DNA of 63,105 bases, counting the filler, from Hausera hauseri (taxonomy: Eukaryota), in NCBI GenBank assembly GCA_046269625.1. It is 10 parts of 10 records of this genome, joined end to end, with 100 filler letters (N's around TTAATTAATTAA, not from the genome) between each part and the next. Parts side by side here need not be neighbours in the genome. Positions count along the whole stretch, not along the records: positions 1 to 11,761 come from JBJURY010073327.1; 9 more parts are not named here. One strand, 5' to 3'. Every line of letters starts with the position of its first letter. The first letter of the stretch is position 1. The notes below the pieces were generated by a model. It saw nothing but the letters and a program-made list of their open reading frames with translations, ran no database searches and was not told where the DNA came from. The translations under genes were made by a program, and so were the position numbers. This document shows positions 1-11,861 of this stretch, in pieces.

Positions 1-1123
1 AATGCCAGCCTTTGCTCCTTCTTCTTTCCTTTTTAATGGCACTATACAACAACACACATCAACAGCACATCTGGGGGTGGGGGTGTGTGTGTCGGGGTCT
101 TATTCTCCTTTTTTTTTTTTTTTTTCCTCTCACCCCCCTGGTTCCCTAACTGCCATTCCGGGGGTGGGGTCCGGGAGAAGGGCAGGCCGTCGGGTGTTGA
201 CCAGGACTATGTGGGGGTTCAGGGTCTGGGGGATTGCCGGGGGCGGTGCTGGTGCTGTGCTCTCCCTGGGGTTGTTTGGACCCCCTGTGCTTGGCTTTCG
301 GGTACCGTGGTTGGCCCGCTGGCCGGGGTGGCTGCCGGGGCCTGGCGGGAGGTCGGCTGGGGCGTGTGCTTGGTTGTTGGTGGTGTGTGGGGGTGGTCGG
401 TGGCGTGGCCTCTTCGTGCCGGGGGGTGTCCTGTCGGCTGGGCGTGGCCTGGGCCGGGTCTGGGATATCGGCTCCTCTCCACCCGAGAATGAATGGGTCT
501 ACCTCCTGGGTTTGGGCGTGGGCTGCCCCCTGCAGAGGGTGGGTACATGTCTTGGACCTGGGGGGTATAGAGTGCGTATCGGGAATAAGAATGGAATGTA
601 TCGTTATTGTATGTCTTTGAGTGAGTGAGTGTGAGAATGAGGGTGGGACTGTGTGATTGTGTCTGTGTATGAATGGGTATTTGTTAGGCCGGGACTCGGA
701 CTGCCCCCTCCTAGATACAACTGGGGGTGCTTGGCATCGCGCCCCTATTGCGCGGCCCCCTGGTGGGGTGTGCCTTTGCCTGTCGGCGTGCTTGGGGCCC
801 TTGGTGTCGGGGGCTGGGCGCTTGGGCGTGTGTCGGCTCGGCCTGGTGTCTGCCTGGTGGGGCTCGGGTCCTCTGGTCCTGTTGGGCCTTGGCCTGGGTG
901 GTGTGCGTCCTCGGTGCCCGGGCCTCGGTGCCCGGGCCTGGAACTGCATCGGTGCGGCGGGTTCCGGCGGGGGCCTATGAGTTTGTCGCTATTAGACCCG
1001 GGGGGTCACTACATGTAGTCGCTGGTGGGACTCTTCTGGTTCTCCCCTGTGGTCCGATCTGGGGGGTGGGTGAGTGTTCGTACTGTGTGGGTGGCCCTGG
1101 GGGCTCCGCGCTCTGGGTCCCTC
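1..1123. repeat. G/T-rich, GC-rich non-coding stretch, possibly the UTR of a fish non-LTR retrotransposon; insertion site of the EnSpm-like element
   Basis: Strongly G-skewed low-complexity sequence giving overlapping ORFs in many frames; it ends abruptly at CCCAGATAGCA (1124). Family not identified. Confidence 0.3.
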
Positions 1124-1440
1124 CCCAGATAGCAGTGGACTCCGTGGCGGATCCGCCTTCTTACCTGTTAAGATCCGCCCTGCGTATCACCGGTTTGCGC
1201 CTCCGGAGCAGATCCGCCCCGCAAGCCAGGCTCAGCCTAGATGACCGACCCCCCCACACTGTCAGGATAACGGACCCGGCACGGATCAGTAAACCTTAAG
1301 TGCTCTGGTGCTCCGCAAGCCTCTCGGAACACGGACCCCACACGGATCTGTGTGCTGCGCCGTAGGTGGATACGCCCTCTAGGTGGAGCTAGGTGCTCCG
1401 CGTTACGCCCTCTAGGCGGATCTACACGTTCGCGGTCTGT
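1124..1440 (+). repeat. Terminus and subterminal repeats of the EnSpm-like element
   Basis: Repeated GCGGATCCGCC, AGATCCGCCC, ACGGACCC, CACGGATC and TACGCCCTCTAGG motifs within about 300 bp of the terminus. Confidence 0.55.
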
Positions 1441-2479
1441 TGCAGCCAGCGGGCACTTGGAGTTGGAAGTTGAACGAGACACACCTTCTTTTCCTTCGGC
1501 AGATCGAGAACGTCTTGCACTGTAAGTAAACTGTTAAAACTGTTAATATGTGCTTATTTTTGCTGATGGAAAGCGGGTTAATATATATATCAGTCTCTTT
1601 GCTGATTTTCACTTTGTAATGTATAACCACAGCCTGCATGGTTAGCTCACATGACAGTGAAATGGTCAGTCATTTAGATATTCAGTCCTGAGCATATTTT
1701 TTGTACATTTACAATTGTTGTAGGAGCTGTGTTTCATAACTGGTAACAAGAGCTAGCTGTTTGCGGCGTAAATAAAGTTTATTTCTGGCTGCAGTAGACG
1801 CCATTGCTAGCTAGCTAGCGAGCACGAGTCTCCCTTGGGATTACAATAATGAAGAATCAAATAGAGAGACATTAATGTGATTATTGTAAATTCATGGAAT
1901 AAATTGATCCCGTGGCTTCGTTTTTATTTAATTTTATATTTTGAATTGCCATCTGGCACAGTCCGCCATTTTGAATAGCCATGCGGCAGCAGCAAAACCA
2001 TTGCAGCGTCCGCCATTTTGAAAGCGGTACGTCGAAGCGTCCGCCATTTTGATTGTTGCAGAACTGCCAGTCAAGTAATACAAAGAAATAGACAACTTAA
2101 TAAAACACTTTTCTACAAGTTAATTCTTGTCATTCACACTCACTAATATATTTGGGAAACAAACAGACACCAAAGATTTGTTGCTTTTTAACGTGATTAT
2201 TAAAAAGTTTGCTCCTTAAAGATTTAGCTATAACATTTTTATTTTATTTTGAGTGTTTACAACAACTATGTGTGTAACACTATTACTGTGGTGATAAATA
2301 TAGAAACATTCATCTTTAATATTTAATCTGTCAATAATAACCAGATCCTGAAATGTAGATGTGTGTGTGGATTTGCTGAATTAAAAGCACTACTAATGTT
2401 CACATTTAACTAATTTCGATTAACTACATTGATTAATTTAACATATATAAAGACCAGTACATCATCTGTGTGTGGGTGT

Positions 2480-2940
2480 GTGGGTGGATGGATGGAGAGA
2501 GATGGATGGCTTGATAGAGAGAGATGGATGGCCTGGCTGGCTTGGATGGATGGAGAGGGATGGATGGCCTGGCTGGATGGATGGATGGAGAGAAAGAGAT
2601 GGATGGATAGATGGCCTGGCTGGCTTGGAGGGATGGATGGATGGATAGATGGCCTGGCTGGCTTGGAGGGATGGATGGCCTGGCTTGATGGATAGAGAGA
2701 AAGAGAGATGGATGGATGGCCTGGCTGGCTTGGAGGGATGGATGGAGAGAAAGAGAGATGGATGGATAGATGGCCTGGCTGGCTTGGAGGGATGGATGGA
2801 TGGAGAGAAAGAGAGATTGATGGAGAGAAAAAGAGATGGATGGATAGATGGCCTGGCTGGCTTGGAGGGATGGATGGATGGAGAGAAAGAGAGATGGATG
2901 GATAGATGGCCTGGCTGGCTTGGAGGGATGGATGGATAGA
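2480..2940. repeat. Compound GGAT/GAGA/GGCT micro-/minisatellite
   Basis: Repeated units such as GGATGGATAGATGGCCTGGCTGGCTTGGAGGGATGGATGGAGAGAAAGAGAGAT. Confidence 0.95.
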
Positions 2941-3576
2941 AAGAATGAATAAATAAATAATTACTGGTAATCAAATCAGTGTCCATGTCATCCAGATTTC
3001 AGGCTCTGGTAATAATAGACATGGATATGAATATACATTTTCACAACAGTAATAGTGTTACACCTGTTGGCAGTTGTACGTTGTAGTAGTTGCGTATACG
3101 GCTGCAGTAATCGCAGATAAAAACTAGAGGAGGCAACGTCCTTCTTTGCTCAGATGTGCAATGTTTTATTTAAATAAAAGAAATTGTCTGCAAATTTATC
3201 CGGTGGTGGGGGTCATATATTTAAAAACAAAATTCAAATACTTTTATATTTTGGAGATGTTACAAAATTATTTAGATATTTATATAACAAGATTAACTAA
3301 AATAATGACCACATATGTGCATCATTACTGTTTTGATAGAGATTTTTACCTATACCATGATAAAACTGATAACCATGATAGTTTTGTTCTCCACATCATG
3401 ATACAGTATTATGACATTTCTTCTCTAGCTTGTGTACTTGTATTTTAATCAAGTCTGACTCTGAAAAGTTGAATGATTTATTCTTATTCCAATTCTTCAA
3501 CTGTATTTATCTTTGTAAACAAAATAATGTTCCCTTTTCCACAACTCACTTCTTGTTTCTGAAAATTTTCTTTTAG

Positions 3577-5628
3577 ATGAATAGAAAGACTACACCCGTC
3601 ACCATCTCCACCATAAGACGGAGAACTCGTGCAGATGTACAGAAGCGTCTTCAACAGATTAGGGATGACTACAGAAAATCGACCGACTGCAGGATAACAG
3701 AGTGTGACCTTGGACATGATAGTGGACAGTCTTTTGGATACAGTTCAAATAGACCAAATAATACACCTTGTGCAGCCTCAGAATCAGTGTTTGTTTGCGA
3801 TGCAGAAGGTGGTTTGGAATTAGATGAAGACATGTTTGAGAGACCTGTGGCTGGTGACTGTTATGGGCAGGCTCAGTCATCTTCTGAACACTCTGATGAT
3901 GAAGTCTTTGAGACATTTTCACTTGCTGACAGCATTTCAAACTGGGCTGTACACTTTGGCATTTCTTTGGTTGCTTTGACAGCACTTTTGGGGATACTGC
4001 GGATGAAACATCCTGAGCTACCCAAGGATGGTAGGACGCTGCTTAGGACTAACACAGAATACGTAATTCTGGAAAGAGCAGGGGGGCTGTACCACTATGC
4101 TGGTATTCTGTCATCACTTACAGAATCACTATCTAAGTACATACACACACTGGCAGACAGCTCCACTTTGAAGTTGCAAATAAACATAGATGGACTTCCT
4201 TTGTTCAGAAGCTCTAGTTTGCAACTGTGGCCCATTCTTGGTCAATTACGAAGTGTTCCTATGAAAGAACCTGTAGTAATAGGTTTGTTCTCTGGACCAA
4301 AAAAACCCAGCTCAGCAAAAGAGTTTCTTGCAGATTTTGTGACAGAGTTAAAACAGCTTGAAAAAGGTTTTGATTTACAGGGTAAGAAATTGAGGCTCGA
4401 GCTTGACACAGTCATTTGTGACACACCAGCCAGGTCCTTTGTTAAAAATACAAAGAATCACAATGCCTACCATGGTTGTGACAAATGTGAGCAACCTGGA
4501 ACATACATAAACAGACGCATGACATATCCAATCACAGACTATGCTTTAAGGACAGATACATCATTTGAAACAATGGCTGATGAGGGTCATCATCATGACG
4601 GTCCACATCCGTTTCATGGCAGCCATGTTGGCATGGTGTCACAGTTTCCTCTAGATTATATGCATTTGGTTTGCTTAGGTGTTGTTAGGCGATTGCTAAA
4701 TATCTGGTTAAGAGGTCCCTTGAATGTCAGAGTACCTGCAAACATAGTAGAAAGGATGTCAGCAAAACTGGTAGGAATGCGTTCCCATGTTCCTGTTGAG
4801 TTTGCCCGTAAGCCAAGATCGCTGAGGGAATTGGATCGATGGAAGGCCACTGAATTAAGGCAGTTTCTGTTGTACACAGGACCTGTAATGCTTGGTGGCT
4901 TTCTAGACTGCAGCATGTACAGCAATTTCATGTTACTTTTCTCTGGTATTGCACTTTTGGTGAGTCCTAGACTGTCATGCAACACACAATATGCACAGAC
5001 CTTACTTAGAACTTTTGTTAGTCACTTTGGTGAAATATACGGAAAAGATCAACTTGTTTACAATGTACACGCATTGGTCCACCTGCCAGAAGAAGTACAG
5101 AGGCATGGTTGCCTCGACTCTTTTTCTGCATTTCCGTATGAAAATTACCTGCACAAGCTGAAAAAGCTAGTCAGAAAACCAGACTTCCCACTTGCCCAAA
5201 TCATCCGTCGGTTGTCAGAGATAAAAACCACCAATGCTCCTGTAAATGTTTCCTCTTTTAAAAAGCTGCACTTTGTTGGGCCAGTTGTAGGTGGACTGTC
5301 AATAAAAGCACAGTACGGTGAGATGACCTGTGACAAGTGGACAGTTAAAGTTTCATCTAGAGACAATGTTTTTGTCATTGGAAATGACTTTTGCTGCATA
5401 CACAATATTGTAGAGTGCAGCGATGGAGTGTATGTAATGTACAAGGAATTCTCTGACAAGTCTTTATTTTTCACCTACCCATTCAGCTCTGACTTTCTAA
5501 ATATTCATGTAATTTCACAAACATCAGATACACTCAAGTGTGCTAAAGTTTCAGAGCTTGTTCAGAAATGTGCTGTTCTGCCTCATGGAAGTAGCTTTGT
5601 GGCCATACCCCTATTTCACACATTTTAG
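3577..5628 (+). CDS. EnSpm/CACTA-family transposase, 683 aa, intact
   Basis: Motifs LPKDGRTLL, INIDGLPLFRSS, ICDTPARSF, HGCDKC, DYMHLVCLGV, WKATELRQFLLY, YNVHALVHL and FSAFPYEN are typical of this family; no stops. Confidence 0.88.
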   Translation: MNRKTTPVTISTIRRRTRADVQKRLQQIRDDYRKSTDCRITECDLGHDSGQSFGYSSNRPNNTPCAASESVFVCDAEGGLELDEDMFERPVAGDCYGQAQSSSEHSDDEVFETFSLADSISNWAVHFGISLVALTALLGILRMKHPELPKDGRTLLRTNTEYVILERAGGLYHYAGILSSLTESLSKYIHTLADSSTLKLQINIDGLPLFRSSSLQLWPILGQLRSVPMKEPVVIGLFSGPKKPSSAKEFLADFVTELKQLEKGFDLQGKKLRLELDTVICDTPARSFVKNTKNHNAYHGCDKCEQPGTYINRRMTYPITDYALRTDTSFETMADEGHHHDGPHPFHGSHVGMVSQFPLDYMHLVCLGVVRRLLNIWLRGPLNVRVPANIVERMSAKLVGMRSHVPVEFARKPRSLRELDRWKATELRQFLLYTGPVMLGGFLDCSMYSNFMLLFSGIALLVSPRLSCNTQYAQTLLRTFVSHFGEIYGKDQLVYNVHALVHLPEEVQRHGCLDSFSAFPYENYLHKLKKLVRKPDFPLAQIIRRLSEIKTTNAPVNVSSFKKLHFVGPVVGGLSIKAQYGEMTCDKWTVKVSSRDNVFVIGNDFCCIHNIVECSDGVYVMYKEFSDKSLFFTYPFSSDFLNIHVISQTSDTLKCAKVSELVQKCAVLPHGSSFVAIPLFHTF

Positions 5629-5999
5629 GGATGCAACTCATTTGTAATATAGTTCTTCTTTAGTGAGAATGATTTTGAACTTGTTAGCGGTTTTGTAGTA
5701 TTAGCAGTTCAATATTTTTAACACATTTTTTAAAATTGTTTTTGCAAAGTTAGGGTTAGACACCAAACCCCGACTTCGTCGTCACTCTGTACTACTAATC
5801 TACTACTACTACTATACTACTATCTATGAAACTGGGTAACAACTGACTGTAAGTACTGTGGTTTAGTTGTTTTCTGTGTCTTGAAATCCATTGCTGTGTA
5901 GTCATGACATACGATGTATTTGATGTCTTGAAATCACAGTGAACAATTTGCATTGACCTTCCTTTACCTAACTCTAAACTTCCACATGAATGTTATTAC

Positions 6000-6398
6000 C
6001 AGGGGTGGAAAGTAACTAGTTACATTTATTTGCATTACTGCAAATGGATACAATTTGTCTGTACTTGGTACCTTTTTTAGATTTGCAAAACCTGAAATTT
6101 CATTTGAATTTCTTTTGAGTAACTTATGTTACTCTGATACATTCAAAATCATAATTGAGTAAAAAATAGTGTATCTTTTTTTTTTGTAGAAAGTTGTTCC
6201 TTTTGAGACAAGTACGTTCTCATTTTCTTTATAGAATCCACGAATAGAAATTTATCCTGCTCATTTTCAAAAAAAACTTTTATTGAAATTAAAATAAAAT
6301 GTGTGGGACTTTCAGCTATTTACACTGTTAAACCATTTTGTGTTTAAGTGAAATTTCATCAACGTAATGTACATTTTTTTGTACTTTTTCCACCTCTG
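6000..6398. mobile_element. hAT-type non-autonomous element (MITE)
   Basis: Inverted termini CAGGGGTGGAAAGTA ... TACTTTTTCCACCTCTG; near-matching 8-bp flanks GTTATTAC/GTTATTTG. Confidence 0.7.
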
Positions 6399-6569
6399 GT
6401 TATTTGACATGTGGTGAAAAACTTTGGGAATGAACAAGTGTATTGGTTCTATGTACAGAGAAGTTAGTTATTACACGTTAGTCACATAAGACATTTGATT
6501 AATCACTTGTTTTGGGATGCTTCTGTGGAGAAAACTCCATAACTTATTCTTTGTTTCTTATCCTCTTAG

Positions 6570-9500
6570 ATGTTCCACATAATCGAGTTTGCAATCAACA
6601 AATCTGTAGCAGTGGTGCCACAGAAGTGGTACATTGATGGTGTTGCCTACTGGCCAAATTACCGGAGCGACGAGAGAGTCAACCGGGCAATCAGAAATGC
6701 AGAGAATCCAGGATTTGACTGGGAATCATATGATGTTCGCATACTGAAATCATGTGGTAAGCTATTTACCATTATTTATTAAGAAATGTACTTAGTTGCA
6801 AACTGTATTTTCCATGTTATAATTTCATTGTCTGAATTATTTTTACCCGTTTTTTAGACCAGTACGTTGAGGCACGTCAATACCTCAACAAGTCACTGTC
6901 ATGCAACACATCAGATTTGGTGACAGAAGATGAAGAAGAGGACATTCGACCAAAGCGAAAGCGAAAGGCGAAGTTAGTATCTTGTAGTTTTATATTTCCC
7001 CATAAATTCTACTTTATCTATTTAAAACATACATGCAAAGACAGACGTAATGGAAAAACAGTGCCGTGCAGACGTGCACAATTAGAGTATACATCAGGGG
7101 TCTTCAACTCCAGGTCTCTAGTGCTGGTGTAATACAACGTTTAGATATGTCCCTGGTCCAACACAGCTGAATGAAATACCTTGTGAGAATGCAGTCAAGG
7201 TCAGAGTCTTGCTAATGACCTTACTATTTAACAAGTGTGTTTAAACAGATCTCATTTGTAAATGAGTCTTTGAGGCTCAATGTGATTTATCTGTCTAAAT
7301 AAAGGTTGAATGAGCGTTTCAGCAGAGACAGATCTGACAGATCTAATAGCTGCAGGACACCAGATCTAGAGAACTGGAGTTGTAGACCCCTGGTACACAT
7401 TGATAAACAACTTGGCACCAAAAAAAAAGAAAAACATTAGATGAAATTTTTTTAATGTTAGCATGCTTAAGTAGAAATGAAGATCCTACTGTTAATATAT
7501 TACAGTACAGCATAATTATTTAGGGAGGTTATGATAACTGACTGTGGTTATTTTTGCTCTCCAATCTAGACATTTTTTCGGACATTCTGATGTTGACAGC
7601 GAGGAAGATGACCTGAGGAAAAGAGCCCGGGTGCAACCCGAGCCCTCAAGCCAACCACCAGCTCCTGCTGTCCCACCACCACCTGCTGTCCCACCACCAC
7701 CTTGCCATGTGCCAAGGAGCAGCACAGTTGTCCCTACTCCACCCACTCCACCCACTCCACCGATGCTAATTGAAGGTTGGCTACCAGTTCAAGCTTGGCC
7801 AGCAGAAGAGCAAGCCTCTTATGAAAGCCTCATGCATACCAGGAGAAGACATGCAAATGATTCAGACACCGGTCCCTACACTAGTGAGTAATATATATTG
7901 TTATGGGATTTGAATTAAACATTTGAGTGTTTCTCTTTTTATGTTGATGTTTTAGGTATGTCCTGTCCCAAAGTTTCCATGGGGCATTACAAAGCATTCA
8001 AAGTCATTAGATTAATTTTGTTAAAAGGCCTTGCATGGCATTAAAAAGCAGGGGGTATTATGTAAACTCAACTTGTTTCCCCTAAAATAATCCTTGGTGT
8101 GTTGCTTTGATTCTTTCATGCTTGTTTGAGAAATCCTTGCATCTCCCGTGGCAATCACTCAGCTGTACAAAACGCTTGGTGGGACATAGCGCCACATCTG
8201 CTGAGCTCATCATACAAGCTACTTCTTAGATCAACGCTTCTAAGAAATTTCCTTGAGACTGTCACGAACAGCATTGCTGCAGTGACCACCATGTCCATTA
8301 AACACCTTTTGTCCTGATGTTTAAAAAATAAAATCCTTTTTGACCTATGTTTAAGAAAAAACAAACATAGTATTGCTCTCTACTTCATTGTGTTGTAGAT
8401 AGATTGCAGTTGATTGATTCATATTTCCATTCTTCCTAACAGCTGCACTAGCCCATCTAATAAAATTGATGGAATATATGAAAAACCAACAAGAGCAAAT
8501 AGTTGCCAAGCTTAATTATTTGACCAGCAAGTTAAACCAAACTGCCCAGGAAGTGAACATGCCTGTCCCGGTGCAGTTCCCATTATCAACAATGGCAGAA
8601 GTTGACGGTTTCGAAGAATGGCTTAAAGATCCTGCAAATTCTCAACATAAGCAGAGTTTGGTGAGTTCTTCTAGTTTGTTTTGTTTTGATTTGTTTTGTG
8701 TTTTTCCTCAATCCAATCTCCATCCATTCATTATTTTTTACCCGCTTCTTCCGTTTTGGGTCACGGGGGTCGCCCGTGCCCATGTCCAGCAATCACAGTG
8801 CGAGGGGCGGGGGACACCCTGGACGGGTTGCAATAGAGACAAACGAGACAAACAACCATTCACTCTCTCACTCACACCTAGGGACAATTCAGAGTTACCA
8901 ATCAGTCTAACATGCATGTTTTTGGTCTATGGGAGGAAACCGGTGTACCCGGAGGAAACCCACACATGCATGGAGAGAACATGCAAACTCCACCCAGAGA
9001 GGCCCCCAGACCGGGATTTGAACCGGCAACCTTCTCACTGAGAGGCCGCAGCTCTACCAGTTGCGCCACCATGCTGCCCCAATCCAATCTCACTTTACAT
9101 AATGAGAATGTAATCTACATTTTTTTTATGATTATTTATTGAGTCTTTAAAATCCTTTATATTTTAAGTATGGAATTAAAAAAAAAGTTTAAAATGCTTT
9201 ATGAGTGTGTTTTCTCCCCAACATTTATACAGTTCTTATAAGAGGTATTATTTAAACTTTAACTATAGAATAATAATCAACTTTAGCCTTGTCTTGAGAA
9301 AGGGTGGTTCCTTGGAACTGGAAATAACCCACAGTTGACAGTGTGTTTGAGGATGACGAGGGGAGGCAGTGTAGGGGGTTCTCCTGAAGTCCGTCATCTC
9401 CACTGTCTGTCAGGACCCAGCGCTTTCCATTCAGGCATTCAGAGATTAAATTTTAACTGTTGCTTTTTTATTTGTTCCATTTTAGGTTTCCTCCCTGGCA

Positions 9501-10920
9501 ACAATTGGGGGTCAAGACGCGAAACGAGTGACATGGAACATCCTGGCTCACATGTTCACAGATGATGTTGGGAAAATGATAAATTGGAAAGGTGTCAATG
9601 GGAAGAAGTCCTTCAGCCAGATGGCATCTAAAACATTGCTTAGTCGTAAGTATTATTAATGAATGTTTTAAAAAAACTTCTCATGTAGTCTTAGCATGTT
9701 TTTCTACAAACACAAAAATTATGTATTAAACCAAACAAAAAAAATGTTATAAAACTTCTCAACCAACATCTCAAAAATCTCCATCAGTAAAATATGACTT
9801 ATCTTCTCAAATGTTAGTCTTCTATGACAAAATTATGTCACATTCATACTGTCATAACATAGTGACAGTATTACCAAATATGTAAAAAAAAAAATTTAAA
9901 TTAAATTTACATGCTGTTTCAACTCAGCAGAATGTAAAAAATGGCTCGTAAACAGGACCTGCAGACCTTGAAGACATGCTGATGGGGTATTCCAGCCATG
10001 TGACTCAGGTGTTGTCAAACAGGGATATTAAATCTAGTATTTAGTGATATAAAAGTTATTGGTTAGTTTGCCTCGAGGACTGGATTTGGAGACCCTTGCA
10101 TCCTTTAAATGTTCCCAGGTGCATCAGAATAGATAAACAAAATTGATGAGGTCATTTGCAAAGATTCAGATAAGGTGCGAATCTCAGTGTCTGGTGATTC
10201 AATTCTGCACCCCTAATTCTGATGCTTACAATGAGCTCATATGTAACGGTAAAGGTAAATAAATATACGTTGTAGTCCTCAAATATCTGGATATTCAAAG
10301 TTGACATGTATAAAATTATGTTTTCTTTGTGGTTTGTTACAGCAAATAAGCTACTGCTTAAAACATTGCATGATTTCTAACATATCTAGAAAATAACATT
10401 ACAAAAGTTGCAAAAAAATTCCAGAATTGCTTTTTTTTTAAATTCCCTTTTCCGTAAACGGAAGCATCTTACTGAAGCATTTAAAGGGAAAGGTTACCTC
10501 TTAAACTCCCGACACATTAGAGGGATAACACTCATTCATCTAAACTGCCACAAACTGAAGTCACTGACATGTGCTTAAAAATCACAGCTTAAGGTTTACA
10601 ACCAATTTAGATGTGAGCCTATTAAACTTTGCAACATAAAACAGCAGGCAACATTTAGTTTTTAGGAAAACTAACTGGCATTATCTTGTGTATCCTGTCA
10701 AATTCCAAATTGTCATTATGATGGCGGATGATGATAATTTGAGTGAAAATCTGCTTTTGTGATTACAGATTCTGTCAGAAAAAATCCGGTCGCTCGTTCT
10801 TCCACCGACCACGATGTCTCCAAGCACGCCATCCGGTGGTTCAACCTGGCAGCAGATAGGGGACCGTCAAGGAAACGATCCAGTATACCCGAAGTTCGCC
10901 CTGCTGAAAAGGATATGTAA
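6570..10920 (+). CDS. Spliced accessory protein of the EnSpm-like element with a C-terminal DUF4806/BEN-like domain. Exons 6570-6756, 6858-6972, 7570-7883, 8443-8660, 9486-9645, 10769-10920
   Basis: GT-AG introns keep the frame throughout. N-terminus F.IIEF...VAVVP..W...YWP, a Pro-rich middle, then IGGQD..RVTWNIL..MF...INWKG..GKKSF and WF.LAADR, as in transposon-associated DUF4806 proteins. A small extra exon between 7883 and 8443 cannot be excluded. Confidence 0.75.
7095..7392. mobile_element. hAT-type MITE in an intron
   Basis: TIRs CAGGGGTCTTCAACTCCAG / CTGGAGTTGTAGACCCCTG; 8-bp flanks GTATACAT/GTACACAT. Confidence 0.8.
8721..9080 (-). mobile_element. tRNA-derived fish SINE (V-SINE-like), full length
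   Basis: Minus strand has A box TGGCGCAACTGG, B box GGTTCAAATCC and core GGAGTTTGCATGTTCTC..GGGTTTCCTCCGGG; target-site duplication AATCCAATCTC at 8710-8720 and 9081-9091. Confidence 0.85.
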
Positions 10921-10942
10921 CGTCACATGTTCCAGTTCTATG

Positions 10943-11110
10943 TTGTTGATTTCCACAGTGTTATTATTTTGTTGATTTCCACAGTGTTATTATTTTGTTG
11001 ATTTCCACAGTGTTGTTATTTTGTTGATTTCCACAGTGTTATTATTTTGTTGATTCCCACAGTGTTATTATTGTTTTGATTTCCACAGTGTTAGTATTTT
11101 GTTGATTTCC
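10943..11110. repeat. 27-bp tandem repeat, about 6 copies, in the 3' UTR
   Basis: Unit TTGTTGATTTCCACAGTGTTATTATTT repeated head to tail. Confidence 0.9.
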
Positions 11111-11379
11111 TTTAAATTTTGTTTTTCATTTGTACTTTGTACTGTACACTAAATACATTTATGAATTTTCATGCTCATGGTTTGTTTTTTGTCTATTTTG
11201 TTATAGCCTCTTTTAGTGATGCGTTGGTCAATCTGGTGTTTGTGCCAGTTCTTTTAAGTGAACTTAATTCCATTTAATTGGTTGAACACTGTATACAACC
11301 AATCATATGGGAGACTGGTGGAGGTAACTGTCCTGGTATAGAGTAGGGAGAACAGTACAGCATGGTTTGTGGATAACAG

Positions 11380-11502
11380 ACAAAATGAAGTACCCAGAGA
11401 ACCCATTCATGTACACGGAGAACATGCAAACACATGCAGAAAGACCCCTGGCTGGGATTTTAACACCTGCAACAGTGCTACCAACTGCGCCATTGTGCAG
11501 CC
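11380..11502 (-). mobile_element. Degenerate V-SINE-like fragment
   Basis: Resembles 8930-9080 (GGAGAACATGCAAAC, CCAACTGCGCCA). Confidence 0.6.
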
Positions 11503-11761
11503 TCAAAACTGTAAATTTACTCAGAACCCAATTTTAGGTCTTTTGCAGCTTCACAATAAATTATTTTCATGTGTACAATGTTAAACTGATTAGATGTTAT
11601 GGAGTCTTTTTGGAGCTGGTATACAAGTTATAAAGGTTCTGGACCAAATTAGTCCACCTCCGATATGAGTATTGTTGGATTTCATATTTTATTTCCTTTT
11701 TATATTTCTATTCATAGTTGAAATGTCATGTTATAAAGTGTGTACGTGTCTTTCTTAAAAG

Positions 11762-11861
11762 NNNNNNNNNNNNNNNNNNNNNNNNNNNNNNNNNNNNNNN
11801 NNNNNTTAATTAATTAANNNNNNNNNNNNNNNNNNNNNNNNNNNNNNNNNNNNNNNNNNNN
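11762..11861. other. Artificial contig spacer (N44-TTAATTAATTAA-N44), first of nine
   Basis: The same 100-bp spacer with six-frame stops recurs at 19519, 24345, 29995, 34173, 38826, 49407, 53953 and 58580; sequence character is unrelated across spacers. Confidence 0.98.

Larger units (their letters stand above)
1124..11761 (+). mobile_element. EnSpm/CACTA-type DNA transposon (animal type); right end lies beyond the contig
   Basis: Left end CCCAGATAGCA resembles animal EnSpm termini; subterminal GGATCCGCC/AGATCCGCC/CGGATC repeats follow; encodes a transposase and a second spliced gene on the same strand. Confidence 0.7.

Noticed and set aside
2-1299. Several 100-270 aa overlapping ORFs
   Set aside because: They arise from G/C-rich low-complexity DNA with few stops; no domain motifs.
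2429-2986. W/M/D/G-rich and S/I/H/P-rich repeat ORFs
   Set aside because: Translations of the GGAT microsatellite.
8466-9142. ORFs 8466-9041, 8902-9093 and 8912-9142 as stand-alone genes
   Set aside because: Only 8443-8660 is exon; the rest is read-through into the intron and SINE.
10943-11110. 27-bp repeats as a CRISPR array
   Set aside because: Head-to-tail with no spacers, no cas genes, eukaryotic context.
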